DNA of 64,000 nucleotides from an uncultured Acidobacteriota bacterium. Its GTDB lineage: Bacteria; Acidobacteriota; JAQAZP01. Numbering within the stretch: the stretch's first letter is position 1; each line of letters opens with the position of its first letter. The notes beneath the pieces are model-generated. The model was not told where the DNA came from and made no database searches. It saw nothing but the letters and a program-made list of their open reading frames with translations. This document shows, piece by piece, positions 12,409-21,694 of the stretch. Location of the stretch: NCBI GenBank assembly GCA_963836075.1, contig CAWIIB010000001.1, positions 832,001 through 896,000 on the forward strand, in the 5' to 3' direction. A program made the position numbers and the translations under genes.

Positions 12409-14202
12409 TCACCTGCTTCGAAAAACGGTGATGCCCCAGTCAGCGCCGCGCTGCCGGGGTGGGTCGGCATTCCAATCGTTGAAGGAGTGCGAGTCGTCGG
12501 ACACGTAGCGCAGCCGGTAGGAGCCGGATGGCAGATTTATTTCACCGCGCCACTCCCGGTTCTTCTTCGCCCCACCGGCGTGGCTGGAGATGTCGTAGTT
12601 CATGGTCCAGACCCGCTCGCCGTTGTCCGCCCGTTCGATCCACCCGTAGTCGTACATCTCGGACTGGGAACCTTCTCCCTGGCAGACCACCAGGACGGTT
12701 GCCGGACGGCTCAATTCAAAGGTGTCCTTCTCGCTGGCATTGTTCCCCGGGGCGGCGATCATCCCCAGCAGGCCGGAGGAACGTTCCGTGGTGTAGGCGA
12801 CATAGGAGCCCGGGGCCGCCTCTTCCCCGACCCAGTACAGCGTGATACCCGCGCGGTCGGCATCCCAGGGTGGAGTGGCATTCCAGCCGTCTCCGCCGGA
12901 GTGGCTGTCGTCGGTGACAAAGGTGACCACGTATTCACCGGGGGCCAGCGTCACCACTCCCTCGTTCATCCGGTTCTTGCGGCCACCGCCGGCCCAGACC
13001 GCCTGCTGCGCGTCCATCGTCCAGACCACCTCGCCGGTGCCGCAGTCCCTGACCCAGCCCCAGTCGTAGAGCGTGTCATCATCCCCTTCACCGATCCCGT
13101 AAAACAGCACCGGTCCGCCCCGTCTGAGCCGCACCATCCGGGTGGAGACGGTGTTGTTCCTCGGGCGCCAGATGGCGGCGATCACCCGGTCCGCGGGAAA
13201 GGCGGGGAGATCGCCGCGGTGGGCCGCCAAAGCCCCACCGCTATCACCGGGGACCAGCCGGACAGTAATTCCCCAGAAATCGGGATCGCGGGGCGGCGGC
13301 TGGTTCCAGCCGCCCCAGTGGTGCGATTCGTCGGTCACATACCAGACTTCGTAACGGCCGGGCTCGAGGGTCATCCGCACCCGGGCCAGGCGGTTCTTCC
13401 GTGCCCCCCCGGCGTGGGTCGTCCCGTCGAATTCCATCTTCCAGGGCCGCGAACGGTCGGCAGTGCGCACCAGCCAGCCGCGGTCGAACAGCTTGCCTTT
13501 GTTTCCTTCGCCCAGGGCATAAATCTCCACTTCGGCGGGTTCCAGGAGTTCGAAGGCTCTGGTGGCAAACGCCTCGCCACCCACCCGCCGAATGCTGGCC
13601 AGTGTCCCCGGCCCCGGTCGCTCTTCGGCAGCGAGGCGAACCGGGATGTCGCCGTGCCCGGCGCCGCCGGGTGTGGTGACCCGCACGCCCCACTGGGCCT
13701 GGTTTGACTGGCGCTCGAAATCCTTCCCCTCCAGCATCACACTGTCGCCGAACAGCCCCTTGATCAGCCCGGACAGGGCCTCGGAGTCCACCCCGCGAAG
13801 CGAGATCGACGGCCCTGCTTTCACCGTGGAGAAGTAGATCTCATACTGCCCGGCCTCCAGGTTCAGCGAGGTGTCGCAATTGAACCCGTATTTGCAGCTC
13901 TGGACACACTGCTCCCTGTCCAGGGCCCAGACGGTCTCCCTGGTGGCCGCGTCCAGCAGCCAGCAGTCGGTGTACGGATGGTCGTTGAGCCAAGCCCCCA
14001 CCACCTGCAGCCGCACCTCCCGGGGACTGCCCAACCGGAAGGCCCCGGAGGTCACCTCCCCGCGCTCCGACCCGTCCAGCCGTGCGAGGTAGTGCGGCGC
14101 GGCGGAAGCCGTCCGGACCGCCGGCAGCAGCATGGCCAGCGCGAACAGCGCGGCCAGAACGCCCGGCGCTCTCCTGATGGTGATGGTTTCCGGATCCAGC
14201 AT
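12409..14202 (-). CDS. Secreted protein with four tandem beta-rich repeat domains
   Basis: Signal peptide. Repeated GEG..D.GW...W.M...AGG.[RK]KNR...L..G.Y...D[DE]SH...WN..PP...GIT. Confidence 0.85.
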   Translation of the reverse strand: MLDPETITIRRAPGVLAALFALAMLLPAVRTASAAPHYLARLDGSERGEVTSGAFRLGSPREVRLQVVGAWLNDHPYTDCWLLDAATRETVWALDREQCVQSCKYGFNCDTSLNLEAGQYEIYFSTVKAGPSISLRGVDSEALSGLIKGLFGDSVMLEGKDFERQSNQAQWGVRVTTPGGAGHGDIPVRLAAEERPGPGTLASIRRVGGEAFATRAFELLEPAEVEIYALGEGNKGKLFDRGWLVRTADRSRPWKMEFDGTTHAGGARKNRLARVRMTLEPGRYEVWYVTDESHHWGGWNQPPPRDPDFWGITVRLVPGDSGGALAAHRGDLPAFPADRVIAAIWRPRNNTVSTRMVRLRRGGPVLFYGIGEGDDDTLYDWGWVRDCGTGEVVWTMDAQQAVWAGGGRKNRMNEGVVTLAPGEYVVTFVTDDSHSGGDGWNATPPWDADRAGITLYWVGEEAAPGSYVAYTTERSSGLLGMIAAPGNNASEKDTFELSRPATVLVVCQGEGSQSEMYDYGWIERADNGERVWTMNYDISSHAGGAKKNREWRGEINLPSGSYRLRYVSDDSHSFNDWNADPPRQRGADWGITVFRSR

Positions 14203-14291
14203 TATATTTTCTCCTCGGAATCGGCAGTGCTCTCATACTCCGCCGTGCCAGTATCTGATACGAACCGGACGGCCAAACTGTTCCCCATGGG

Positions 14292-15674
14292 CTACAGATA
14301 GCCCAGGCTGGCCAGCCGCGCTTCCAGCTCGGGGTCCGCGGTGTGCGGAGCGGATGCCTCACCGGCCACGGTGGGTCGGGGCAGCATCCGCGACGGCAGC
14401 TTCCGCCGCAGCTCTTCCAGGCGCCGCGGGTTTTCCCGGCTGAGATCGGTCAGCTCCTGCGGGTCGTCCTCGAGGCAGTGCAACCGGGACGTCCCGTCCC
14501 CGGCCAGGACCAGCTTCCAGCCACCTCCGCGGACCATGGCCAGGGCCTGCCCCGGAACGGCTTCTCCGGGATAGCGCCGCCGCAACGCGGCGTTCACCGG
14601 CTCGGTGTACTGGGCCAGCGCCCATGGCCGCCCCGGAGGCACAGCGTCCCCCGGCAGCAGACCGCGGCGTTCCGGAAATCTGCGGAGGGCCTGGTGCGGC
14701 CCCTCCAGACGCTCCACGAGGGAGGGAAAGAGGTCCAGCGGCTGGAACTGGTCCCCCACCACCGCACCGCTTTCCAGTACTCCGGGCCAGTTGACCAGCA
14801 GGGGCACCCGTACCAGCGTGTCGGAGAGCGAGAATGCGTGGTCCATCATCCCCTGCTCCCCCAGGTGTTCCCCATGGTCGGAGGTGACCACGGAGAGCTG
14901 TCCGTGGGGGCGACCGGAACCGGCCACAAGCTCCAGCACCCGGCCCAGCGCCGCATCCATCCAGGAGAGGGCCCCGTCATACAGCGCACCCAGAATCTCG
15001 AAACCGCGGCGGTCCACCTGCATCCGGCCGCCGAAAAGGGCTGCGGCATCCTGGCTGACACCGCGGAGCTCTCCGTCCGTGGCGCCGATCCTCCGGAGAA
15101 AGGGCCGGGCGTACCGCTCCGGGGGAAAGTACGGCAGGTGCGTGTCCACGAAATGAAGGTAGAGAAAAAACGGCTCCGTTGACCTGAACGCCCGGCGGAG
15201 CAGCTGTTCCGCCGCCGCGGCCACCATTCCCGCCGAATCCTTCAGCGGGAGCACGCCCGCTGCACCGCCCGCCTGGGCTCCGGCCGGGACAACCTGCGGC
15301 GCGACTTCCTCCAGCCGGTGGAATCCCCGGTGCAGCCCGGTGTGCCGGCCGACGAATGCGCTGTTCGCCGATACGCCGAGGGTGCGGTATCCCATACGCT
15401 GCAGCCAGACCGGCAGCGTATCCAGGTCTTCGGAGAGCCGCGGCGCTCCGAAGTGGGCGCCGTGGTCCGCGGGATAGAGCCCGGTGAACAGCGACGCCAC
15501 ACTCTCCAGGGTCCAGCAGGAGGTGGCGATGGCCTGCTGGAAGCGCAGCCCCCCGGCGGCCAGGCGGTCCAGCGACGGCGTCACTGCACCGCCCCGGCCA
15601 TAGCAGCCGAGGCGGTCGGCACGTGCGGCGTCGAGCACCACCAACAGGATGTCGGGCCGCGGAGCGGTTCCCAT
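14292..15674 (-). CDS. Sulfatase/alkaline-phosphatase superfamily hydrolase
   Basis: PDILLVVLDAARADRL, SLFTGLYP, DTHLPY, TSDHGEHLGE, C-terminal RLASLGYL. Confidence 0.9.
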   Translation of the reverse strand: MGTAPRPDILLVVLDAARADRLGCYGRGGAVTPSLDRLAAGGLRFQQAIATSCWTLESVASLFTGLYPADHGAHFGAPRLSEDLDTLPVWLQRMGYRTLGVSANSAFVGRHTGLHRGFHRLEEVAPQVVPAGAQAGGAAGVLPLKDSAGMVAAAAEQLLRRAFRSTEPFFLYLHFVDTHLPYFPPERYARPFLRRIGATDGELRGVSQDAAALFGGRMQVDRRGFEILGALYDGALSWMDAALGRVLELVAGSGRPHGQLSVVTSDHGEHLGEQGMMDHAFSLSDTLVRVPLLVNWPGVLESGAVVGDQFQPLDLFPSLVERLEGPHQALRRFPERRGLLPGDAVPPGRPWALAQYTEPVNAALRRRYPGEAVPGQALAMVRGGGWKLVLAGDGTSRLHCLEDDPQELTDLSRENPRRLEELRRKLPSRMLPRPTVAGEASAPHTADPELEARLASLGYL

Positions 15675-15813
15675 CAGCGTCCCCCCGATGGACTGAAGAT
15701 CAACGGTTCGGTGTGAACAGATACAGACGGATTCTAATTGGCGGGCGCAAACGAGGCAAGAAGAGCCGCAGCGGTGCCTCGGGGCACCGGGCGCAGTCCG
15801 GGAGTGTCGACAG

Positions 15814-16059
15814 TTAAACCAGGTCGGGGATCTCGTCCATGTCCGGATGCCACTGCGGGTTGCCCTGCTTGTTTCCGGGAGACATGGATTTCTGCTGGTT
15901 GGCCAGAATCTGCTGCTGCTGCTGAGCCTGCTGGAGGAGAACGGCTTCCATCTGGATGGAACGCTGATTCAGGGCTGAGATCTCCAACCGGTGTGTCACG
16001 TGGGCAATGGTGAAGTAGACCACCAGCAGGACGAGAATGAGTTTGTGGGTTTTTTTCAT
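15814..16059 (-). CDS. Small membrane-anchored or secreted Gln-rich protein
   Basis: MKKTHKLILVLLVVYF followed by QQAQQQQQILANQQ. GGAG upstream. Confidence 0.65.
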   Translation of the reverse strand: MKKTHKLILVLLVVYFTIAHVTHRLEISALNQRSIQMEAVLLQQAQQQQQILANQQKSMSPGNKQGNPQWHPDMDEIPDLV

Positions 16060-16138
16060 CGATAGAGCTCCATGATCCTGATCCTCCGAAAGACAACCTG
16101 GAACGTACCGCATCGGAGGCCGGCAGCTATCTGTTAGA

Positions 16139-16154
16139 TGCAAGTTGCAGGCCA
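16139..16154 (-). promoter_or_regulatory. Sigma54 -24/-12 promoter
   Basis: TGGCCTG-CAAC-TTGCA (GG-N10-GC), 80 nt upstream of the 16059 ATG. Confidence 0.6.
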
Positions 16155-16397
16155 CCCCCGGTTGCACATCAGGACTGGCTGAAATTTCGATATCGACCTG
16201 TCCGCGGGCAAAAAACAGGAGAGGCCAGCAATCAAGTGGGTAACTTTTTTCCACTTTTCGTCTCTTTTAATCCCTGATCCGTTTTCCCGGCGGGCGGCCC
16301 GATGTTGCCCCTGCGGCCGGAAACCGGTACCATGCACACCATGGACCCGGGAACCGGGCGACGTCGGTTCCGCAACAGATGGAGGAAAAGACCAGAA

Positions 16398-17534
16398 ATG
16401 GAGCCAGTTCTCGATACACGGCGGATCTACAGACTGTCCCTGGCCGGCCTGCTGGCCGTGCTGCTCAGCTTTACCTGGCTGACTTCCCCCTCGGTGGCCG
16501 AGGAGGAGGCCGCACCACCACGGATGGTGTTTTCGTCGGTGACCCACGATGCCGGCCAGGTGGAGCGGGGGGCGATGATCTCCCACCAGTTCACCTTTCG
16601 CAACACCGGCGGTTCGGATCTGGTGATCCTGAGCACCAAGGCCGGGTGAGGGTGCACGGTGACCGGGGACTACGACCGGGTCACCCCTCCTGGTCAGGAG
16701 GGGCGCATAACCGTCACACTGAACACGCAAAAATTCAACAAGCCGATCTCGAAAACCGTCACCATCACCACCAACGACCCGGCGTCGAAACGGGTGGTGT
16801 TGACCATGAAGGCCGCCGTTCGTTCGCCCCTGGAGATCAGGCCTGACGACCGGGCCGATTTCCGTGTCTACCACGGGGAGGGGGGCAGCCGGTTGCTGGG
16901 TCTGATTCTCCGTCAGGACACTGAAGCCAGGGTGGTGAGTATCCAGTCGAACAGCGAACTGTTCACCGTGAATTGGGGCCCCTGGTCCCCCTCCGAAAAC
17001 CCGTCCCCGCAGGAGCGGGAGATCTTTGCCGGGGCGGCCGGCAACTCCGCCGTCCGGCTGGAGATCGGTCTCAGTCCGGATGCCACCGTGGGCTACCACA
17101 GCGGGCGGATCACCATTTATCTCGACGGAACGGAGCAGAAGCAGCTGGAGATCAAGGCCCTGGCCCGGGTGATGGGCCGCATACACTTCACGCCCCAGTG
17201 GATCTACTTCGGCTCGGTAACCGCCGGTGAACCGCAGCAGGCCGAGCGGCTGCTGGAGGTCCGCGCCCACGGCGGGCTCCCCTTTACGGTCGGCGGGGTG
17301 GAATACCAGGGACTCCCGCTCCAGTGGGAGATCAAGCCGCTGGAGGAGGGCGCCGGCACCGACATTCTCTTCCGCTGGGACGGTTCCGAACCGGCGGGCA
17401 TCCACAAGGGCCGGGTGGTTATCCTGACCGACAACCCGGCCCAGCCCCGCATCGAAGTGCCGTTCAGCATCAACGTACTGGCCGCGGAACCTGAAAAGGA
17501 AGAGCCGGTGGACAACCGGCTGAAGAGGCGCTGA
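16398..17534 (+). CDS. Secreted DUF1573-like multi-Ig protein with in-frame TGA (candidate selenoprotein)
   Basis: Signal peptide, HQFTFRNTGGSDLVILSTKAG*GCT...PPGQEGRITV...KTVTITTNDP. ORFs 16302-16649 and 16659-17534 share one frame. Confidence 0.8.
16650..16703 (+). promoter_or_regulatory. SECIS-like stem-loop(s) directly after the in-frame TGA
   Basis: GGTGACC(GG)...(CC)G-GGTCACC hairpin at 16658-16685 with a G-initiated loop. Second hairpin CCCCTCCT-GGTC-AGGAGGGG at 16684-16703. Confidence 0.5.
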
Positions 17535-17538
17535 GTTC

Positions 17539-19476
17539 TCAGTCAGCGTGGATGGTGAAACTGCCGGCGGCGCTGTACTGGTCGCCGCTGGCGGTGCCGT
17601 CCAGCACGACCAGTTCCAGACCCATGGGACACTCCAGCAGCTGCGCGGGCATCTGGGCTGGGATCCGGATCGGCAGGTTGATCCGCCGTTCGTCGCCCGG
17701 CTGGATGCTGCCCGACCCGCGGCGGAAGCCGTTGACCCGGCTGCCGTCACAGCGGATCAGGTCGAGGCTGGCCTGGAAGGACTGCCGGGTATCCGAGATG
17801 TTGGCGATGGCCAGCTGGGTCCAGAGCTGTTCACCGGTGCTCACTTCCGCCTGGACCAGCAGGCCCACCTGGAAGACCTGAATCGTGCCTTCCCGGACCA
17901 CCGTCCAGCTCACCCGCTCGGTGAGCCGGCCGTCCGGATCGGCCAGCAACCAGGAATCGTGGAGGGTGACCACCGCCTCCAGAAGATGCTCTCCCGGAGC
18001 GACGGAGTCGGTCTGGAGCTGGTACTGGGTGCCATGGCCGTCGGCCAGCGGTGTCCCGTCCAGAGACCACTGCACGTCCACCACATCTGCCGCCGTCCGC
18101 ACCAGGAAGGACTGCACGGCGGTCTCCAGGATCACCTGCTGAGACGAAGGCTCCCGGGAGTCCACCGGCCCGGCGTAGTCAAAGATCTCCAGGGCCATGA
18201 TCTCGCGGCAGACCGGGTCGAACCCGCTGTCCAGCGACCGCATCAGGCAACTGTCCGCCGGGCGGAACTTGCCGTGGGCGTAATACTCGCATCCCTCGTT
18301 GATCCCCACCCCTTCGATACCCAGCCAGTGGTGCCACTTGAGCTGCTGGGCCGCCATGTCGAACCAGCCCATGGAGGTGCAGTTGGGAGCGGACGGTTCG
18401 GGTCCACTGTACGTGTCGTAGGGGTTCTGGTACTCGTCGGTGAGACCGCCGAAGCTGTGGCCGAACTCGTGCAGCATCAGCTGGTGGGCGCTGGACGAAC
18501 CGCCGGCAAAGACGGCGTAGGCACCGGCGCCACCGCCGTAGCGCGACGTGTTGACCAGCAGGATGATCGTGTCGTATTCAGGAACGGCCGCGGCCGCCTC
18601 GAGCACCAGGGAGGTCTGAGCGTAGAGCAGCTGCGGAACGCCGGCGTAGTTGAACGAGGAATTGAAGGCCGTGTCCACATAGACCGGGGGCGACTGGTCC
18701 GGCTGGTCGGTCCCCGACTGGCTGGAGACCACCTCGAGCTTGTGAATGTTGACAAAGGACGCGAAGCGGTTGAACGGCTCACTGCCCAGCAGACCGTCCA
18801 CCAGGTTGTCCACGTGGTCGGCAAAGAGACCCATTTCAAATTCGGTGTAACCGTCGCCCAGCACCAGGATGTCCAGACGGTTGGCCGGGTCACCGGTCTG
18901 ATACACCATTTCCGCCTGGGTGCCGGCAGTGGTGCGGCGGGACTGCCGTGTCCGGTCTTCGCTGAGCCCGATCTCCCGGCCATCCAGGACGGTGAGCGGG
19001 CCCCAGGGGTCGCCCGCCCGGGAGATTTCGATCCGCTGGCCGGGCCCCACCACTGGAACAACGACCGAAAACCGCTGGTCGTCTTCCAGTGAAGCAGGGC
19101 CGCCGGCCAGGGATCCGTCAACCACCGTATCGGCGTGAACGAGGAAGGGGTCGGCCAGGGGCCGGCGCAGGATCGCGTGGCCGCTGGCCTTGTCGATCAC
19201 GGTGATTTCCAGCGAACCACTGTCCGCTGCTGCAGCCGGCCCCCGGCGGGAGGATACCCGCTGCACCGAAGTGAGCTCGATGCCGTGGGGGCCGCTGCGG
19301 AAGACCAGCCGCTGGGCGGACCGGTCATCCATGGAGACGTCGTCAGCCATACACGGGGAAAAACCGAATGTGGTGGAAATGATGACCATGAGAAGAGCGG
19401 TGAACAGAACCCGGGGATACCTGGCATCGGATTTGATTACCGGGCGATGTGCGCTGATTCTGTTTCCCTTGCTCAT
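17539..19476 (-). CDS. Secreted M64 (IgA peptidase family) metallopeptidase with C-terminal domain
   Basis: NRLDILVLGDGYT, YGGG, HEFGHSFGGLTDEY, EGCEYY..GKFRP..CLMR. Confidence 0.9.
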   Translation of the reverse strand: MSKGNRISAHRPVIKSDARYPRVLFTALLMVIISTTFGFSPCMADDVSMDDRSAQRLVFRSGPHGIELTSVQRVSSRRGPAAAADSGSLEITVIDKASGHAILRRPLADPFLVHADTVVDGSLAGGPASLEDDQRFSVVVPVVGPGQRIEISRAGDPWGPLTVLDGREIGLSEDRTRQSRRTTAGTQAEMVYQTGDPANRLDILVLGDGYTEFEMGLFADHVDNLVDGLLGSEPFNRFASFVNIHKLEVVSSQSGTDQPDQSPPVYVDTAFNSSFNYAGVPQLLYAQTSLVLEAAAAVPEYDTIILLVNTSRYGGGAGAYAVFAGGSSSAHQLMLHEFGHSFGGLTDEYQNPYDTYSGPEPSAPNCTSMGWFDMAAQQLKWHHWLGIEGVGINEGCEYYAHGKFRPADSCLMRSLDSGFDPVCREIMALEIFDYAGPVDSREPSSQQVILETAVQSFLVRTAADVVDVQWSLDGTPLADGHGTQYQLQTDSVAPGEHLLEAVVTLHDSWLLADPDGRLTERVSWTVVREGTIQVFQVGLLVQAEVSTGEQLWTQLAIANISDTRQSFQASLDLIRCDGSRVNGFRRGSGSIQPGDERRINLPIRIPAQMPAQLLECPMGLELVVLDGTASGDQYSAAGSFTIHAD

Positions 19477-19520
19477 TTGCTTCTCCTCATGCCGTTTGAT
19501 CGCTGCTGGCCAAGAGATAT

Positions 19521-19536
19521 TTCAACATCCGTGCCA
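19521..19536 (-). promoter_or_regulatory. Sigma54-like promoter for the M64 gene
   Basis: TGGCACG-GATG-TTGAA (perfect -24, GA variant at -12), preceded by a very AT-rich tract. Confidence 0.65.
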
Positions 19537-19602
19537 CCTACGGCACACAATAATCCATAATAAATATAGATTTTTATGTACTTTATTTAGAATAGTTTAT
19601 AT

Positions 19603-19619
19603 TGTAGTGAAAATTGACA
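19603..19619 (-). promoter_or_regulatory. Enhancer-like TGT-N11-ACA box
   Basis: TGTCAATTTTCACTACA, 66 nt upstream of the -24 element. Confidence 0.6.
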
Positions 19620-19801
19620 GGCTGGTGCGAGGCAGGATTTTGGCTGTTTCAGAGCGCTGGGGATGACATCAATAAGCCCCGGAAAAGGGTAATTATTTAC
19701 CCATGCCACCGGTAATGGGAAAACTTTTACCTTCCTTGCTGGCCGGAGTCACCGGAACCCCGGGACTGGATCGAAAGCCGGGCCAATCCAGGGGATCCGG
19801 A

Positions 19802-20223
19802 TTACTTGTCGAAGAACCCGAATTTGGACCCGATCCGCATCTTGTCCTGCAAATCCTGGAAATCTTCGTACTTGATGACCAGGGCGCAGAGCGATTCCAT
19901 CTCCTCGGAGAGACGTGGTCCCGGTCTTGTGGATGGCGATGATCGGCTTTCCCAGGGCACAGGCATAGCCGGCTTCGAAAAATGCCTGCCGCGAGGGGTA
20001 GGAGAACTCACCGATATAGTATTCCGCTGAGTTGAGACCCTCCAGCCGGTGCTGCATCTTTTCCGCCGAGTGCTCACCGCCCAGTTTCCCCCAGCCGTCC
20101 ACATCCCGCTTGGGCACGAACAGTTCCGTATCAGCATCTTCGAGGTAGTCAACCAATCGTTTCCACTTCCTGGCGCCCCAACTTGGGACCCGTACCCAGA
20201 TAGACCCGTTTTTTGCTCATCAT
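19802..20223 (-). CDS. Nucleoside 2-deoxyribosyltransferase-like small protein (frameshifts near 20153 and 19917)
   Basis: Reconstructed MMSKKRVYLG...IGEFSYPSRQAFFEAGYACALGKPIIAIHK...LVIKYEDFQDL. Confidence 0.65.
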
Positions 20224-20285
20224 CCTCCCCCCCCTTTTGATCGATTCCAGCCACTCATCAGTATACGCGCGGCATCGCCGCATGT

Positions 20286-21447
20286 TCACGGCGCCCGGTC
20301 CTTGCCGGACTGCCCCACCATCCCGGCCATGTGTCGGTCCAGCCCCAGGGAACGGACTTTGCCCGCCATGCGCCGGTGCTGCTCGAAGCCCAGCCTGATC
20401 AACTCGTCGATCAGTCCGGTGAAATCGAGCCCCGAGGCTTCCCACAGCATGGGGTACATGCTGATCGGCGTGAATCCGGGGATGGTGTTCACCTCGTTGA
20501 GCACCAGCGCCCCGGTCTCCTCGGACGAAAAAGAAGTCCACCCGGGCCATCCCCCGCACTCCCAGCGCCTGGAAGGCCTCGCCCGCAAGCCGGCGGACCT
20601 CGTCCGCCACCGGCTGCGGAATTTCCGCAGGCACTACGGTCTGCGAGGACTGGTCCAGGTACTTGGCCCGGTAATCGTAGAATGTGCCGCCGGGGATCAC
20701 TTCACCGGCCACCGAGACCCGGGGCCGCAGGTTTCCCAGCACGGCACACTCGATTTCCCGCCCGGACACCGCCTCCTCCACCAGCAGCTTGTCGTCGTAA
20801 CGGAAGGCCTCGTCCACCGCCGCCGCCAGCTGCTCCTCCCGGTCCACCCTGCTGATGCCGACACTGGAACCGCCGCGGGCCGGCTTGACGAAGCAGGGGA
20901 GCCCGATGTCCCGCAGCAGTGCAGCTCCCGTGCCGTCAGGGTCGGCTTTCCAGTGGTGCTCTTCCACGGCGCGCCAGGGGACCACCGGCAGCCCGCTGGA
21001 GGCGAGGACAATCTTGGTCCGGTCCTTGTCGAAGCAGAGTGCCGAGGCGTCCAGCGGTGGACCGGCGTATGGGAGCCCGGCCATTTCCAGCACCCCCTGC
21101 AGCGTCCCGTCCTCTCCCGGAGAACCGTGGATCATCGGCAGGACAAAATCGACGGCGATCCGTTCCGCCGACTCCCCGGCGCCGGCCTCCGCCAGCAGCC
21201 CGCCCGCGGCAGCATCGGCCGGCAGTGAGCATCGGCGCACACCGGGAGCCTCCCCGTCGCCCCGCGACATCATCTCCAGGGTTCCCGGACCGCAAAACCA
21301 GGCGCCGTCCCGGGAGATGCCGACCTCCAGCACCCGGTACCGCCCGCGGTTGATCTGTTCCAGCACGCCGCGGGCCGACACCAGGGAAACTTCATGCTCG
21401 GTTGATGGGCCGCCAAAAAGAATGGCCACGGTCGGTGTATCGCGCAT
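20286..21447 (-). CDS. ddl: D-alanine--D-alanine ligase (frameshift near 20525)
   Basis: [47 protein letters not shown], then [16 protein letters not shown] in the next frame. Confidence 0.95.
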
Positions 21448-21694
21448 GGTTCGGCTCCCGCTCGAGGGAAAACAGACACTGCCGGAGGACTTCTGTTCTT
21501 TGTGTGATTCTACCAGACATGGAATCCCTCCGATACCACAGAAAAGGGGTAAGACCGGGGAGCCCAGTTGCCGACTATTCAATAGAGGCCGCTGGGGTCC
21601 GGAAAGCGGTGGCGGAATACCGCCTTTTCCGGTGTGCCGTGACATTTTCACCCGGCACCCGCCCGGTCTGCTTCAGTACGAAACGGAGTCGTGC

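Noticed and set aside
16647-16649. Genome-wide TGA reassignment
   Set aside because: Many genes end in TGA at the expected C-termini with ATGA/TGATG overlaps, so any recoding is site-specific.
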